Source: Flavobacteriales bacterium
GTDB lineage: Bacteria > Bacteroidota > Bacteroidia > Palsa-965
Assembly: GCA_040377305.1 (NCBI GenBank)
Contig: JBEIPA010000042.1
Coordinates: forward strand, 1-32,421
Direction: 5' to 3'
Length of the DNA: 32,421 bases
Under the pieces are notes generated by a model. The model saw nothing but the letters and a program-made list of their open reading frames with translations. It made no database searches and was not told where the DNA came from. The position numbers and the translations under genes are program-made. Below are positions 1-8,823 of the stretch, one piece after another (position 1 is the stretch's first letter; each line of letters starts with the position of its first letter).

Positions 1-125
1 GAAAGGTTGCTGAAGGCAAAAACAAAATGCTGGTCATCAACGCAATCAGAAATAAGATTGTGCTGAGGGCATGTGCTGTTTTAAGAGGAGAAACTTTTTA
101 CACTCCTCCCTTGACTTTGTCATAG
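1..125 (+). mobile_element. IS110-family transposase, C-terminal fragment (truncated by the window start)
   Basis: Frame 3 from nt 3 reads KVAEGKNKMLVINAIRNKIVLRACAVLRGETFYTPPLTLS* (TAG 123-125). This matches the RKxxEGKxKMxxxNAxRNK C-terminal pattern I recognise from Bacteroidota IS110 transposases. Not in the ORF track. Confidence 0.8.
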
Positions 126-128
126 GAA

Positions 129-161
129 TCGGTCTGACAACCACGATCCTTGTCAGACCGA
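129..161. repeat. REP-like inverted repeat directly after the IS110 end
   Basis: TCGGTCTGACAA (129-140) and TTGTCAGACCGA (150-161) are perfect reverse complements with a 9-nt spacer. A related TCAGTCTGACAA occurs at 20586-20597. Confidence 0.7.
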
Positions 162-227
162 GTAGACTTGAATATTCGCGGAGCGACTTGTGAAAACATC
201 CTGGGTGTACCGAGGGCGACAAGACGC

Positions 228-258
228 AAAAAAGCCGATCAGTTTTTCACCGATCGGC
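228..258 (-). terminator. Rho-independent terminator of the small lipoprotein gene
   Basis: The minus strand reads GCCGATCGGT-GAAAA-ACTGATCGGC followed by TTTTTT. Confidence 0.75.
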
Positions 259-284
259 CTTGTTATATAATAATTAGCTTGAGC

Positions 285-527
285 TTACTTTCCTGCTTTC
301 GCCACTGAATCAGCTGCTGCTGCAGAATCTGCACGCATAGCAGAATCCATCATTGCGTTTTCGCGCTCCATCATCGCGATGAGGCTGTCGGTAGTATTGC
401 CAGTTTCTGCAACAACTGAATCTTGTTGTGCTGAATCGGCTTTACGCTCTTCTTCAGACATTCCGCATGATGCGAATCCAACAAGAAGTGCTGCTGCGAA
501 GAGAAATGAAAGGGCTTTGTTACTCAT
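285..527 (-). CDS. Small hypothetical lipoprotein (Ala/Asp/Met-rich)
   Basis: ATG at 527 gives MSNKALSFLFAAALLVGFAS-C, a signal peptide II with lipobox, followed by a low-complexity helical body and its own terminator. The TTG start at 545 is an alternative. Confidence 0.75.
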   Translation of the reverse strand: MSNKALSFLFAAALLVGFASCGMSEEERKADSAQQDSVVAETGNTTDSLIAMMERENAMMDSAMRADSAAAADSVAKAGK

Positions 528-665
528 GTCTTTATTTTTTTTCAATTTGAAATGGCGAATCCCGACTTAGCGTCTGGATTTCATGATTTTTCGAATGGCG
601 TTTAGTGCCGCTAAAGTAATCAAAACTTTGTATTGCCCCATAGAGCGAACTGATTAGTGATTCTC

Positions 666-673
666 TATATTTG
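666..673 (+). promoter_or_regulatory. Bacteroidota sigma-A -7 element for sodA
   Basis: TATATTTG fits TAnnTTTG and ends 37 nt upstream of the ATG. Confidence 0.55.
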
Positions 674-710
674 ATAGACATTTGTGAAGCACTAATTAAT
701 CTAAATCGCT

Positions 711-1316
711 ATGGCATTCGAACTACCAAAATTACCGTACGATTACAACGCACTGGAGCCGCATATTGATGCGAAGACAATGGAAATCCACCATTCAAAG
801 CACCATCAGGCGTATGTAACAAACCTCAATAATGCAATCGCAGGATCTGACGCGGAGAAGCTTTCTATCGAAGATATCTGCCGCAACATATCGAAATATG
901 CTCCGGCTGTTCGCAACAACGGAGGTGGTCATTACAACCACTCTTTGTTCTGGACAGTAATGGGCAAAGGAAAAGGCGGTACTCCAACGGGCGCAGTTGC
1001 TGAAGGAATCAACGCAGCATTCGGCAGCTTCGAGAATTTCAAAACACAATTTGCAGCAGCAGCAACAACCCGCTTTGGTTCGGGCTGGGCCTGGCTTATT
1101 GTCGGAGCAGATAAAAAACTTGCGATCACTTCTACTGCAAACCAGGACAATCCATTGATGGATGTTGCCGAAGTAAAAGGCACGCCAATCCTCGGTTTAG
1201 ATGTGTGGGAACACGCATATTACCTGAATTATCAGAATCGACGCCCTGATTATATTGCTGCGTTCTGGAATGTTGTGAATTGGGAAGAGGTGGCACAGCG
1301 TTTGCAAAAAGCCTAA
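711..1316 (+). CDS. sodA: Fe/Mn superoxide dismutase, probably Mn-type
   Basis: Motifs [31 protein letters not shown] and DVWEHAYY. Confidence 0.95.
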   Translation: MAFELPKLPYDYNALEPHIDAKTMEIHHSKHHQAYVTNLNNAIAGSDAEKLSIEDICRNISKYAPAVRNNGGGHYNHSLFWTVMGKGKGGTPTGAVAEGINAAFGSFENFKTQFAAAATTRFGSGWAWLIVGADKKLAITSTANQDNPLMDVAEVKGTPILGLDVWEHAYYLNYQNRRPDYIAAFWNVVNWEEVAQRLQKA

Positions 1317-1341
1317 CTTAGAACAACTAACCAACCTACCT

Positions 1342-1980
1342 ATGAGAAAGTTCCTAACTGTTACTGCGGTTGCAATTGCGCTGGCAGTAATTGCCCCCAC
1401 CCAGGCAGTAGCACAAAAGTACCTCGGACAAACTGTAATCGGGACCAACGCGGGCTTTAGCCTTGTTGGTGCACTTCTTACAACGACGTTCAACGCAGCT
1501 GACCGCGTAACCGGATTGCAGGCGCGCGTATCGCCAGGAATATCAACTTCGGTTGATGTAGGTTTGGCGCCACGATTCAGCATGGGCGGCGCTTACTTCA
1601 TTCAGACCGCAAGTGCAGAATGGGATCAGTACACAGACTCATCTGGCACTGTTCACAATGGCGAATATTCCATGCGTTTAACACGCCACAATTTCGGTAT
1701 CCGTGCATTGTTCCATTTTGGTGATAACGACGATTTCGACCCTTACTTCGGTGTACGTATCGGAATGTCGCGTTGGACGTATTCAACAAAAGGAGTTGAC
1801 GCCGGCGACGATATTGGCTTATTTGATGAAACAGTTTTCCGCAACCGTGTATTACCGCAGGCATTGTTTGGTGTACGTTATTTCTTCCTGCCTTTTCTTG
1901 GGGTGAATGCTGAGATTGCAGTAGGATTTCCTTACTACCTTTCAACAGGAATCAACTTCCGTTTCGGCGGAATGCAATAA
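1342..1980 (+). CDS. Outer-membrane beta-barrel protein
   Basis: Signal peptide, alternating amphipathic strands (DPYFGVRIG, GVRYFF) and a near-terminal GINFRF barrel signal. Confidence 0.75.
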   Translation: MRKFLTVTAVAIALAVIAPTQAVAQKYLGQTVIGTNAGFSLVGALLTTTFNAADRVTGLQARVSPGISTSVDVGLAPRFSMGGAYFIQTASAEWDQYTDSSGTVHNGEYSMRLTRHNFGIRALFHFGDNDDFDPYFGVRIGMSRWTYSTKGVDAGDDIGLFDETVFRNRVLPQALFGVRYFFLPFLGVNAEIAVGFPYYLSTGINFRFGGMQ

Positions 1981-2000
1981 GCAAGAATAAATTCTGAACG

Positions 2001-2024
2001 AGGGAAGGGCAACCTTCCCTTTTT
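2001..2024 (+). terminator. Rho-independent terminator
   Basis: AGGGAAGG-GCAA-CCTTCCCT followed by TTTT. Confidence 0.8.
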
Positions 2025-2056
2025 CATTTGTTGAATGTTGACCATTGAGCGTTGTT

Positions 2057-2464
2057 ATGCTGAACCGAACAGTTGTGGTATTTGTAGTGCTCTTCCTTGT
2101 CGTTTTTACGAAGGAAACGCATGCCGTAACAACAGATCCACCAAATGATTCGATTGTATTGCAAGACTCTATACAGGATTCTCTACGTGTTGTTCCTGAG
2201 GTAAAAGTAAACCCGCCAAAAGAATCCTTCCGCAAGAAGAAGCTCATCACTTCTATTCTTGCATTTCCTATTCCATTCGGGTTCTCCGGATTGCATCGTA
2301 TCTATCTCGGAACGGAACCGTGGGTGCCAATCGTCTATCTCTGCACGGGTGGTGGTGGAGTCGGATTGTTGCCGCTGATTGACTTTCTCTACATCGTTAC
2401 AGCGAATGAAGAAGAGTTTAAGAAGTACGAGAACAATCAGAAGGTCATCATGTTCGTAGAATAG
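2057..2464 (+). CDS. TM2-domain membrane protein
   Basis: N-terminal signal-like segment, then KKK-hydrophobic-GFSGLHRIYLG and a second hydrophobic segment ending in LIDF. ATG at 2057 is preferred over TTG at 2045. Confidence 0.8.
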   Translation: MLNRTVVVFVVLFLVVFTKETHAVTTDPPNDSIVLQDSIQDSLRVVPEVKVNPPKESFRKKKLITSILAFPIPFGFSGLHRIYLGTEPWVPIVYLCTGGGGVGLLPLIDFLYIVTANEEEFKKYENNQKVIMFVE

Positions 2465-2542
2465 ATCGGAGGAAGAGCGAGGAATAGGAACGCGGATTTT
2501 TATGTACGTTCCTTTTTCTTTCGACCATTAAACTCTTGAACC

Positions 2543-2570
2543 ACTCCCGTCTCCCATCTCCAAACTCCGA
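2543..2570. repeat. Degenerate heptamer tandem array
   Basis: ACTCCCG TCTCCCA TCTCCAA ACTCCGA immediately beyond the glmS stop codon. Confidence 0.5.
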
Positions 2571-2572
2571 CC

Positions 2573-4411
2573 TTATTCCACGGTAACGGACTTCGCAAGA
2601 TTTCGCGGCTGATCAACATTACATCCACGCAATACTGCAATGTGATAAGCAAGCAGCTGCAACGGAACAACGCTGATAAGCGGAGCCAATTTTTCATCGC
2701 TCTCCGGAACTTCAATCACGTAATCGGCCATCGTTTTCGCATTCTCATCTCCTTCGGAAACAACTGCGATTACTTTTCCTTTGCGCGCTTTCACTTCCTG
2801 AATGTTGCTGATCACCTTCTCGTACGATGCACCTTTGGTTGCAATTACAACAACCGGCATTTCTTCATCGATCAGTGCAATCGGTCCGTGCTTCATTTCT
2901 GCAGCAGGATATCCTTCAGCATGTATGTATGAAATCTCTTTCAGCTTCAGTGCGCCTTCCAATGCAACAGGGAACGTGTAGCTTCTTCCGAGATACAGGA
3001 AATTTTTTGCTTCCGAGAAAATAGACGCGAGATATTTCATCTGGTCATTCAGCTTCAGAACGCGTTCGATCTTGCCCGGAATTGCTTCGAGTTCACTGAG
3101 CATTTCGCGGTAATGACTTTCTGTGATCGTTCCTTTCTTGTGTCCAAGAAGCAAAGCCATCAGTGTAAGAACGGTTACCTGCGCAGTAAATGCTTTTGTA
3201 GATGCAACACCAATCTCTGGTCCTGCGTGCGTGTACGATCCTGCATGCGTTGTGCGCGCAATGGTTGAACCCACTACGTTGCACACACCGAAAATAGTCG
3301 CGCCTTTTGATTTAGCGAGTTCAATCGCAGCAAGTGTATCTGCAGTTTCGCCCGATTGTGAGATTGCAATCACCACATCATCTTCACCGATCACCGGATT
3401 ACGATAGCGGAATTCAGAAGCGTATTCAACTTCCACCGGAATGCGTGCAAGATCTTCGAATAGATATTCTCCAACCAATCCCGCATGCCACGAGGTACCG
3501 CAACCGATAATGATAATACGTTTTGCATTGATGAACTTGTGCAGGTAATCACGAATTCCTCCAACAGCAATAATGCCTTCCTGTGCATTCACACGTCCGC
3601 GCATTGAATCTTTAATGGAACGCGGCTGCTCGAAAATTTCCTTGAGCATGAAGTGATCGTAACCACCTTTCTCAATGGCTTCGAGCTGAATCTGCAACTC
3701 CTGAATATACGGATCAATATTTTCGTTGCGGATCGTTTTGATCGAGAGATCACCTTTGCGGTTTACCACTGCAATCTCTTCGTCGTCGAGATAAACAACA
3801 TTCTTCGTGTACTCCACGATTGGCGTTGCATCGGAAGCAATGAAAAATTCATCAGCACCTACACCGATTACAAGCGGAGAAGATTTCTTCGCGGCAATCA
3901 GCATGTCCGGATTTTCCTTCGAAAGAATCACGAGGGCGTATGCACCCACAACGTTGTTTAATGCAATGCGCACTGCTTCTTCAAGAGAAACATTTTCGCG
4001 CTGCTGAATATCTTCAATGAGGTGAACAAGCACTTCTGTGTCTGTATCACTCTCGAATTTATGTCCGCGCTTCTTGAGCTCAGCTTTCAGTGGACCGTAG
4101 TTCTCGATGATTCCGTTGTGGATCAAAACAATTTTACGGCTCTCCGAATAATGCGGGTGAGCATTAATATCATTCGGCTCCCCGTGAGTCGCCCAGCGTG
4201 TGTGACCAATTCCGATAGTGCCGGAACGATCCCGCTCACTCGCGAACTTTTCGAGATCGGCAACTTTGCCTTTGCATTTATAAACGTTGAGATCATTGCT
4301 GATCATAGCAACGCCCGCGCTGTCATAGCCGCGGTACTCGAGGCGGTGCAAACCCTTAATAAGAATAGGGTAGGCCTCTTTTTTTCCGATGTACGCAACA
4401 ATTCCGCACAT
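2573..4411 (-). CDS. glmS: Glutamine--fructose-6-phosphate transaminase (isomerizing)
   Basis: N-terminal MCGIV, GHTRWATHG, HNGIIEN, SQSGETADT and C-terminal PRNLAKSVTVE. Confidence 0.98.
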   Translation of the reverse strand: MCGIVAYIGKKEAYPILIKGLHRLEYRGYDSAGVAMISNDLNVYKCKGKVADLEKFASERDRSGTIGIGHTRWATHGEPNDINAHPHYSESRKIVLIHNGIIENYGPLKAELKKRGHKFESDTDTEVLVHLIEDIQQRENVSLEEAVRIALNNVVGAYALVILSKENPDMLIAAKKSSPLVIGVGADEFFIASDATPIVEYTKNVVYLDDEEIAVVNRKGDLSIKTIRNENIDPYIQELQIQLEAIEKGGYDHFMLKEIFEQPRSIKDSMRGRVNAQEGIIAVGGIRDYLHKFINAKRIIIIGCGTSWHAGLVGEYLFEDLARIPVEVEYASEFRYRNPVIGEDDVVIAISQSGETADTLAAIELAKSKGATIFGVCNVVGSTIARTTHAGSYTHAGPEIGVASTKAFTAQVTVLTLMALLLGHKKGTITESHYREMLSELEAIPGKIERVLKLNDQMKYLASIFSEAKNFLYLGRSYTFPVALEGALKLKEISYIHAEGYPAAEMKHGPIALIDEEMPVVVIATKGASYEKVISNIQEVKARKGKVIAVVSEGDENAKTMADYVIEVPESDEKLAPLISVVPLQLLAYHIAVLRGCNVDQPRNLAKSVTVE

Positions 4412-4426
4412 AACCAGGGTGTGTTT

Positions 4427-5803
4427 TTAGTTGATACGCGTGTAAACCAAACGCAGGTACATTCTCTTCGCAGGATCGGCCGCTGGATAACTACTGCCAA
4501 TCGTAGAGCGTCGACCGTTTTCTGTCCCGAAAATTTCTTTCAGGTACAATCCGTTGTCTTCACGTTCACCCGAAAGAATGCCCTGAAGGTGACGCGCGAT
4601 GTTGATCTTGTAAACATTCGTAGTCGTGTTCAGACTTCCTCCGTAGTAATCGTTGCTCTCAAACATATCGATGATAAGATGTTCCCGGTTGACCGAATCT
4701 ATAGACGTCAGAAACATCCGTGTGTTTAACGGGAAGTTGCTTGCGTCCACTGGATCGTCGATGCCAAAAATCACAAGTTCTGCTTTGTTGATTGCAGCCG
4801 GATATCCCAAATTATCATACCAGGTCTTAAGATATGGGAATTTGATCTTGGTCTTTAATCCTGCATTCGACTGCACGAAACAAACGGGACTAGGATAACT
4901 TGTATCCTGGAGCTGTAGATTCAATTCAGGATCGACATTAAGACCTGAATAATCATGCGTGTAACGATTGTAATACGCCGTAGATGCATTCGCCACAAAA
5001 GTGAAATCGGTTGTGTCATTGCACGAGGTGTGGTAGTAGAAACGCAATCCGGTTAGCGTGTCCTGCATGTTGAAATACAAGAGACTTTCTCCTCCGCCCG
5101 TTGGTGTGATGTACAAGCCATTCAGGTATTCTAACCAGCTCTGATTGCTCGAAAGATTCGGGCCTGCAGATTGTGCGAAAAGCTGATTCGCAAACGCCAT
5201 GTCGATTGGAATGCGGAGATGTGCAGCCTGAAGCGCGCCTTCTGCATTTACTTTCGTACGTGGTTGCGGAAGGAAAGTCAGAGATCCGATTGCACTTGGG
5301 TAGTAATTACGATCCTGATTCGAATAGTAATTCAAATCCTTATAGATCATGTCGGTCATCTGATACACGCTGAACGTTTGCGCAACACTCGTATCGCCAT
5401 AGTAGTCGAACTTGTATGCAAGCATAAGCACGCACGAATCGAGCACCGCTCCACCACTGATGCAAGCGCCCAGGAAATCGATGTTGTTCAGATTATTCGG
5501 AATCGAGAACTGCGAGTAAACACCACAATTACTGGTTCCAAAACGTTGGTCTTCACAGTGTCCCATAACAACCGTTGGCGATTCATCTGTACGCAGAGAA
5601 TCTTCAATTACGGTGTACGTAACCAGTGTCATGGTATCGGTTGTGTAAAGCCCGATGAGATCTTCCTCGGGAACGATATCAATTCCTACATCGCTTTCCT
5701 CCTTCTTACACGCAGTAGTAAAGAGAATGCAAAGTGCCAACAAAAATTTTGTCCAGACGAATGAGGGTCTGGACAAAATTGTATTCAAAGAATATTTATT
5801 CAT
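4427..5803 (-). CDS. DUF4270-family lipoprotein
   Basis: True start is probably ATG 5803 (MNKYS...LFTTA-C lipobox). The position between the GT5-like gene and glmS is the typical Bacteroidota synteny, and the C-terminus reads LRLVYT. Confidence 0.75.
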   Translation of the reverse strand: MNKYSLNTILSRPSFVWTKFLLALCILFTTACKKEESDVGIDIVPEEDLIGLYTTDTMTLVTYTVIEDSLRTDESPTVVMGHCEDQRFGTSNCGVYSQFSIPNNLNNIDFLGACISGGAVLDSCVLMLAYKFDYYGDTSVAQTFSVYQMTDMIYKDLNYYSNQDRNYYPSAIGSLTFLPQPRTKVNAEGALQAAHLRIPIDMAFANQLFAQSAGPNLSSNQSWLEYLNGLYITPTGGGESLLYFNMQDTLTGLRFYYHTSCNDTTDFTFVANASTAYYNRYTHDYSGLNVDPELNLQLQDTSYPSPVCFVQSNAGLKTKIKFPYLKTWYDNLGYPAAINKAELVIFGIDDPVDASNFPLNTRMFLTSIDSVNREHLIIDMFESNDYYGGSLNTTTNVYKINIARHLQGILSGEREDNGLYLKEIFGTENGRRSTIGSSYPAADPAKRMYLRLVYTRIN

Positions 5804-5807
5804 AATA

Positions 5808-6638
5808 TCAGTCAACGAGCAAAGGCTCTTCTTGTAGAACCTGGTCGTAAAATTCGGAATAAGCTGCGACATAAGTGTCTTTGTCGTGGAAATCCAGGAC
5901 ATTTTTTCCTTCTTTCTTGAGATACTTCTCAACGTCGGCATTGATTTTCGGAGATCCTTTGATAACGGCGTCCGAGTAATCGATAGCCAGTTTGGTAACG
6001 CTTGCGAAGGAAGTGCTTTTAGCCACTGCGTCAACATCGCCCTTTTCGAGGCCGTCGAACAATGCTTTCTTCCCGAAGTCTTTGTGCAGAGGTGTTGTGA
6101 ATTCGTTGTCATAGATTGAAGTAATGACGCGGGTCTCAGCAAAAAGTGGGTTGTCGCGGAAAGCTTTTTTCAAATAAAGCGGCATAAGGCTCGTAAACCA
6201 GCCGTGGCAGTGAACGATATCAGGAGCCCAACCGAGCTTCTTCACCGTTTCGATAACGCCGCGTGCGAAGAAAATCATACGCTCGTCATTATCAGGGAAT
6301 TCTGCACCCTTTTTGTCGGTCCAGGTAAACTTGCGCTGGAAAAACTCCTCGTTGTCGATGAAGTAAACCTGCATGCGCGCTGCCTGAATAGAAGCAACTT
6401 TAATGATTAGTGGATGATCTGTATCGTTGATAATCAGGTTCATACCTGAAAGACGAATCACCTCGTGAAGCTGGTTACGACGCTCGTTGATGACACCGTA
6501 ACGGGGCATAAACGTGCGGATTTCCTTGCCTTTTTCCTGAATTCCTTGTGGGAGAAATCGCGAGATATGACCCATTGGTGTTTCGTCAAGATATGGGGTG
6601 ATATCCTGTGAAACGAATAAAACTCTGGCTTTTTTCAT
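5808..6638 (-). CDS. Glycogen/starch synthase catalytic-domain protein (GT5 N-terminal domain only)
   Basis: Motifs EIRTFMPRYG, NERRNQLHEVIRLSGMN, DNDER and PDIVHCHGW; 276 aa. Confidence 0.9.
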   Translation of the reverse strand: MKKARVLFVSQDITPYLDETPMGHISRFLPQGIQEKGKEIRTFMPRYGVINERRNQLHEVIRLSGMNLIINDTDHPLIIKVASIQAARMQVYFIDNEEFFQRKFTWTDKKGAEFPDNDERMIFFARGVIETVKKLGWAPDIVHCHGWFTSLMPLYLKKAFRDNPLFAETRVITSIYDNEFTTPLHKDFGKKALFDGLEKGDVDAVAKSTSFASVTKLAIDYSDAVIKGSPKINADVEKYLKKEGKNVLDFHDKDTYVAAYSEFYDQVLQEEPLLVD

Positions 6639-6678
6639 ATGGATTTGTAATGGTGGGAGCTCTTCCTAAAAAGGAATA

Positions 6679-6686
6679 CAAAGATA
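6679..6686 (-). promoter_or_regulatory. -7 element for the GT5-DUF4270-glmS operon
   Basis: Minus-strand TATCTTTG, with TTTG about 22 nt further upstream (6709-6712). Confidence 0.6.
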
Positions 6687-6750
6687 ATAAAAAAAAAGCC
6701 GGACTTTGCAAAAAACCTTAGCTTCGCCGGCTTGCGTTTTTACTAACATT

Positions 6751-7593
6751 ATGCAGATTTTTCACTCGAAAAGCGAGCTGAACACCGCTCTTAATACGCT
6801 GAGGAATAGCGGGAAAACCATTGGTTTTGTCCCGACTATGGGTGCGCTGCATAATGGTCATATTTCTTTGGTTAATAAGGCAAAAAGCCAGTCGGATGTG
6901 GTGGTTGTAAGCATCTTCGTGAATCCAACCCAGTTCAACAACGCAAGCGATCTCGAAAAGTACCCCCGCATTCCGGAAATAGATGTGCCCATGCTGAAAG
7001 CTGCAGGGGGAGATATGCTCTTTATGCCGGATGTTGCCGAGATGTATCCTGAAGGCGCAAAGTCGTCTGACAAAAGCTTACCGCTCGGTTCTCTGGGCGA
7101 GGTGATGGAAGCCAAACATCGTCCCGGACATTTCGACGGGGTCATCACCATTGTGCGAAAGTTGTTCGAATCTGTAGGCGCGTGCAAATCATTCTTCGGA
7201 CAAAAAGATTTCCAGCAACTCGCCGTTGTTCGTCATCTGGTGCAGCAGGAAAATATTCCGGTGGAAGTTATTTCCTGTCCAATCATTCGCGAACAAGACG
7301 GTCTTGCCATGTCGTCGCGCAACATGCGATTGAATGCAGAGCAGAGGAGAAGCGCAACCGTTTTATCGAAAGCACTTGCCGCAGTTGAACTCGAGTGGAA
7401 TTCTCTCTCAATTCCTGAACTCCGCAAATTAGTAACCGCGATTATGAATCAGGAACCTTCCGTGAAACTCGAGTACTTCGAAATCGCAGATCGGGATACG
7501 CTGAAGACTATTTCTGAGAAGAGAAATGCGGTGGCATGTATTGCGGCTTATGTTGGAGACATCAGACTCATCGACAATGTACTGCTGGGTTAA
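6751..7593 (+). CDS. panC: Pantoate--beta-alanine ligase
   Basis: Motifs GFVPTMGALHNGH, SIFVNPTQF, RPGHFDGV, FGQKDFQQ, DGLAMSSRN and RLIDN. ATG at 6751. Confidence 0.97.
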   Translation: MQIFHSKSELNTALNTLRNSGKTIGFVPTMGALHNGHISLVNKAKSQSDVVVVSIFVNPTQFNNASDLEKYPRIPEIDVPMLKAAGGDMLFMPDVAEMYPEGAKSSDKSLPLGSLGEVMEAKHRPGHFDGVITIVRKLFESVGACKSFFGQKDFQQLAVVRHLVQQENIPVEVISCPIIREQDGLAMSSRNMRLNAEQRRSATVLSKALAAVELEWNSLSIPELRKLVTAIMNQEPSVKLEYFEIADRDTLKTISEKRNAVACIAAYVGDIRLIDNVLLG

Positions 7594-7737
7594 CCACATA
7601 GGATCATAGTCCGTTATTTTCTTGTTGGGCGAAAGAATTACATAGTCCACAGGAGAATATCGCTCAGCGATATTTCTCGTGTGAACTATGATCGCGTAGC
7701 GCCTTGGCACCAAACGAAAACTATGATTCTATGTGGT
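7593..7737. repeat. Nested inverted-repeat element between convergent genes
   Basis: ACCACATAGGATCATAGT (7593-7610) pairs with ACTATGATTCTATGTGGT (7720-7737) with 1 mismatch. There is an inner hairpin at 7641-7690. Confidence 0.75.
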
Positions 7738-7752
7738 AAAAATAAGCAAGGG

Positions 7753-8820
7753 TTACTCGAACGTAATCCCGATCATGACATCAACCGTTCCGCGTTTCGC
7801 TCCCGGATTCCAGTTCGGCATCGCTTCAATCACACGCATCAACTCGGCATCAGTTGCCGGAGAAACAATGAACGACAAGCTCGCGCCTGAAACTTCGCCG
7901 GTTTTTGCATTCACCTGAAATAGCACACCGTTCGTTTTGCGCTTGAGGTTTTCTTTGTCTTCTTTCTGTGCTTTGAAGTTGTTCATGATGTACGACTTCA
8001 ATGCTTCATTACCTCCGGGATAGGAAGGCATTTCACTCAACTCAAAATCACCTTTCGAATTTTGCGAGCGATCGAGTTGTCCGCTTCCGCCTCCGCCATC
8101 ATTCGACTTTGGTTTTTTATCGCTGTGCGTTGTTGGCGGATAAACTGTAACACTCTTGATGCGCAAATAGGAATCGGTCCCGGCCACTCGTGTGTTATCG
8201 TCATTTACAGGCGGTTGATTACCCGGTTTGTATTGCGGATCAACTGTAAGCGTTTCGTTTCCTTTATCGCCAGGCTGGGTCGCCGGAAGATTTTCGACAG
8301 ACAATGGTTTCGTTTCGGTCTGTGGAGCATTACCGGCAGGGTTCTGAACAGAAACGGCCCCGTTTTCCTGGGACCGCTCTACCGAACCTGGTTCGGAAAA
8401 TTCTTTTGACGTATTTTCTTTCGAAGGCGGTTGGTATTGCGTGACCGCGCCACTATCTGCAATTTGCTTTTGAGGAACAACATCTTCGCGGGTCAGAAAC
8501 CAGGTCGTTAATCCGAGAGCGAGAACGAACGAACTCACGATCATTGCCACGCCGAAGCGGCTGAGAATCGGAGTTTGTGGTGGCGTATTCATGTACACCG
8601 CCAAACGCTTGTGAATATTCGAAGAAACCTTGGTAACGTCGTTGATGCGGGTTTTGCTCAAACCGTCAATAGCTGAAGCGCAGAGCGTGCACTCAAGCAA
8701 GTGCTTCTCTACTTCATGCGTCGATTTCGAAGAAAGATCTCCTTCGTTATAGAGGCGCATAGTATCCAGGGAGAGACATTTCCCCCTCTGAAAAATACGT
8801 TTCAACTCTTTTGGATCCAT
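7753..8820 (-). CDS. Zinc-binding anti-sigma factor fused to a TonB C-terminal-like domain
   Basis: N-terminal C...HLLECTLC (HxxxCxxC), one TM helix, a long Pro/Gln/Asn-rich linker, then MPSYPGG...ELMRVIEAMPNWNPG...ITF. It lies 3 nt downstream of an ECF sigma gene. Confidence 0.8.
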   Translation of the reverse strand: MDPKELKRIFQRGKCLSLDTMRLYNEGDLSSKSTHEVEKHLLECTLCASAIDGLSKTRINDVTKVSSNIHKRLAVYMNTPPQTPILSRFGVAMIVSSFVLALGLTTWFLTREDVVPQKQIADSGAVTQYQPPSKENTSKEFSEPGSVERSQENGAVSVQNPAGNAPQTETKPLSVENLPATQPGDKGNETLTVDPQYKPGNQPPVNDDNTRVAGTDSYLRIKSVTVYPPTTHSDKKPKSNDGGGGSGQLDRSQNSKGDFELSEMPSYPGGNEALKSYIMNNFKAQKEDKENLKRKTNGVLFQVNAKTGEVSGASLSFIVSPATDAELMRVIEAMPNWNPGAKRGTVDVMIGITFE

Positions 8821-8823
8821 TTA

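Noticed and set aside
4412-4426. glmS ribozyme
   Set aside because: Only 15 nt separate glmS from the upstream gene, leaving no room for it.
4022-4729. 235-aa plus-strand ORF and the other ORFs antisense to glmS, ispG, lepA and the PKD genes
   Set aside because: These are shadow frames opposite well-supported genes and have no recognisable motifs.
5804-6142. N-terminal extension of the 571-aa ORF
   Set aside because: It overlaps the GT5-like gene in another frame; the lipoprotein signal begins at ATG 5803.
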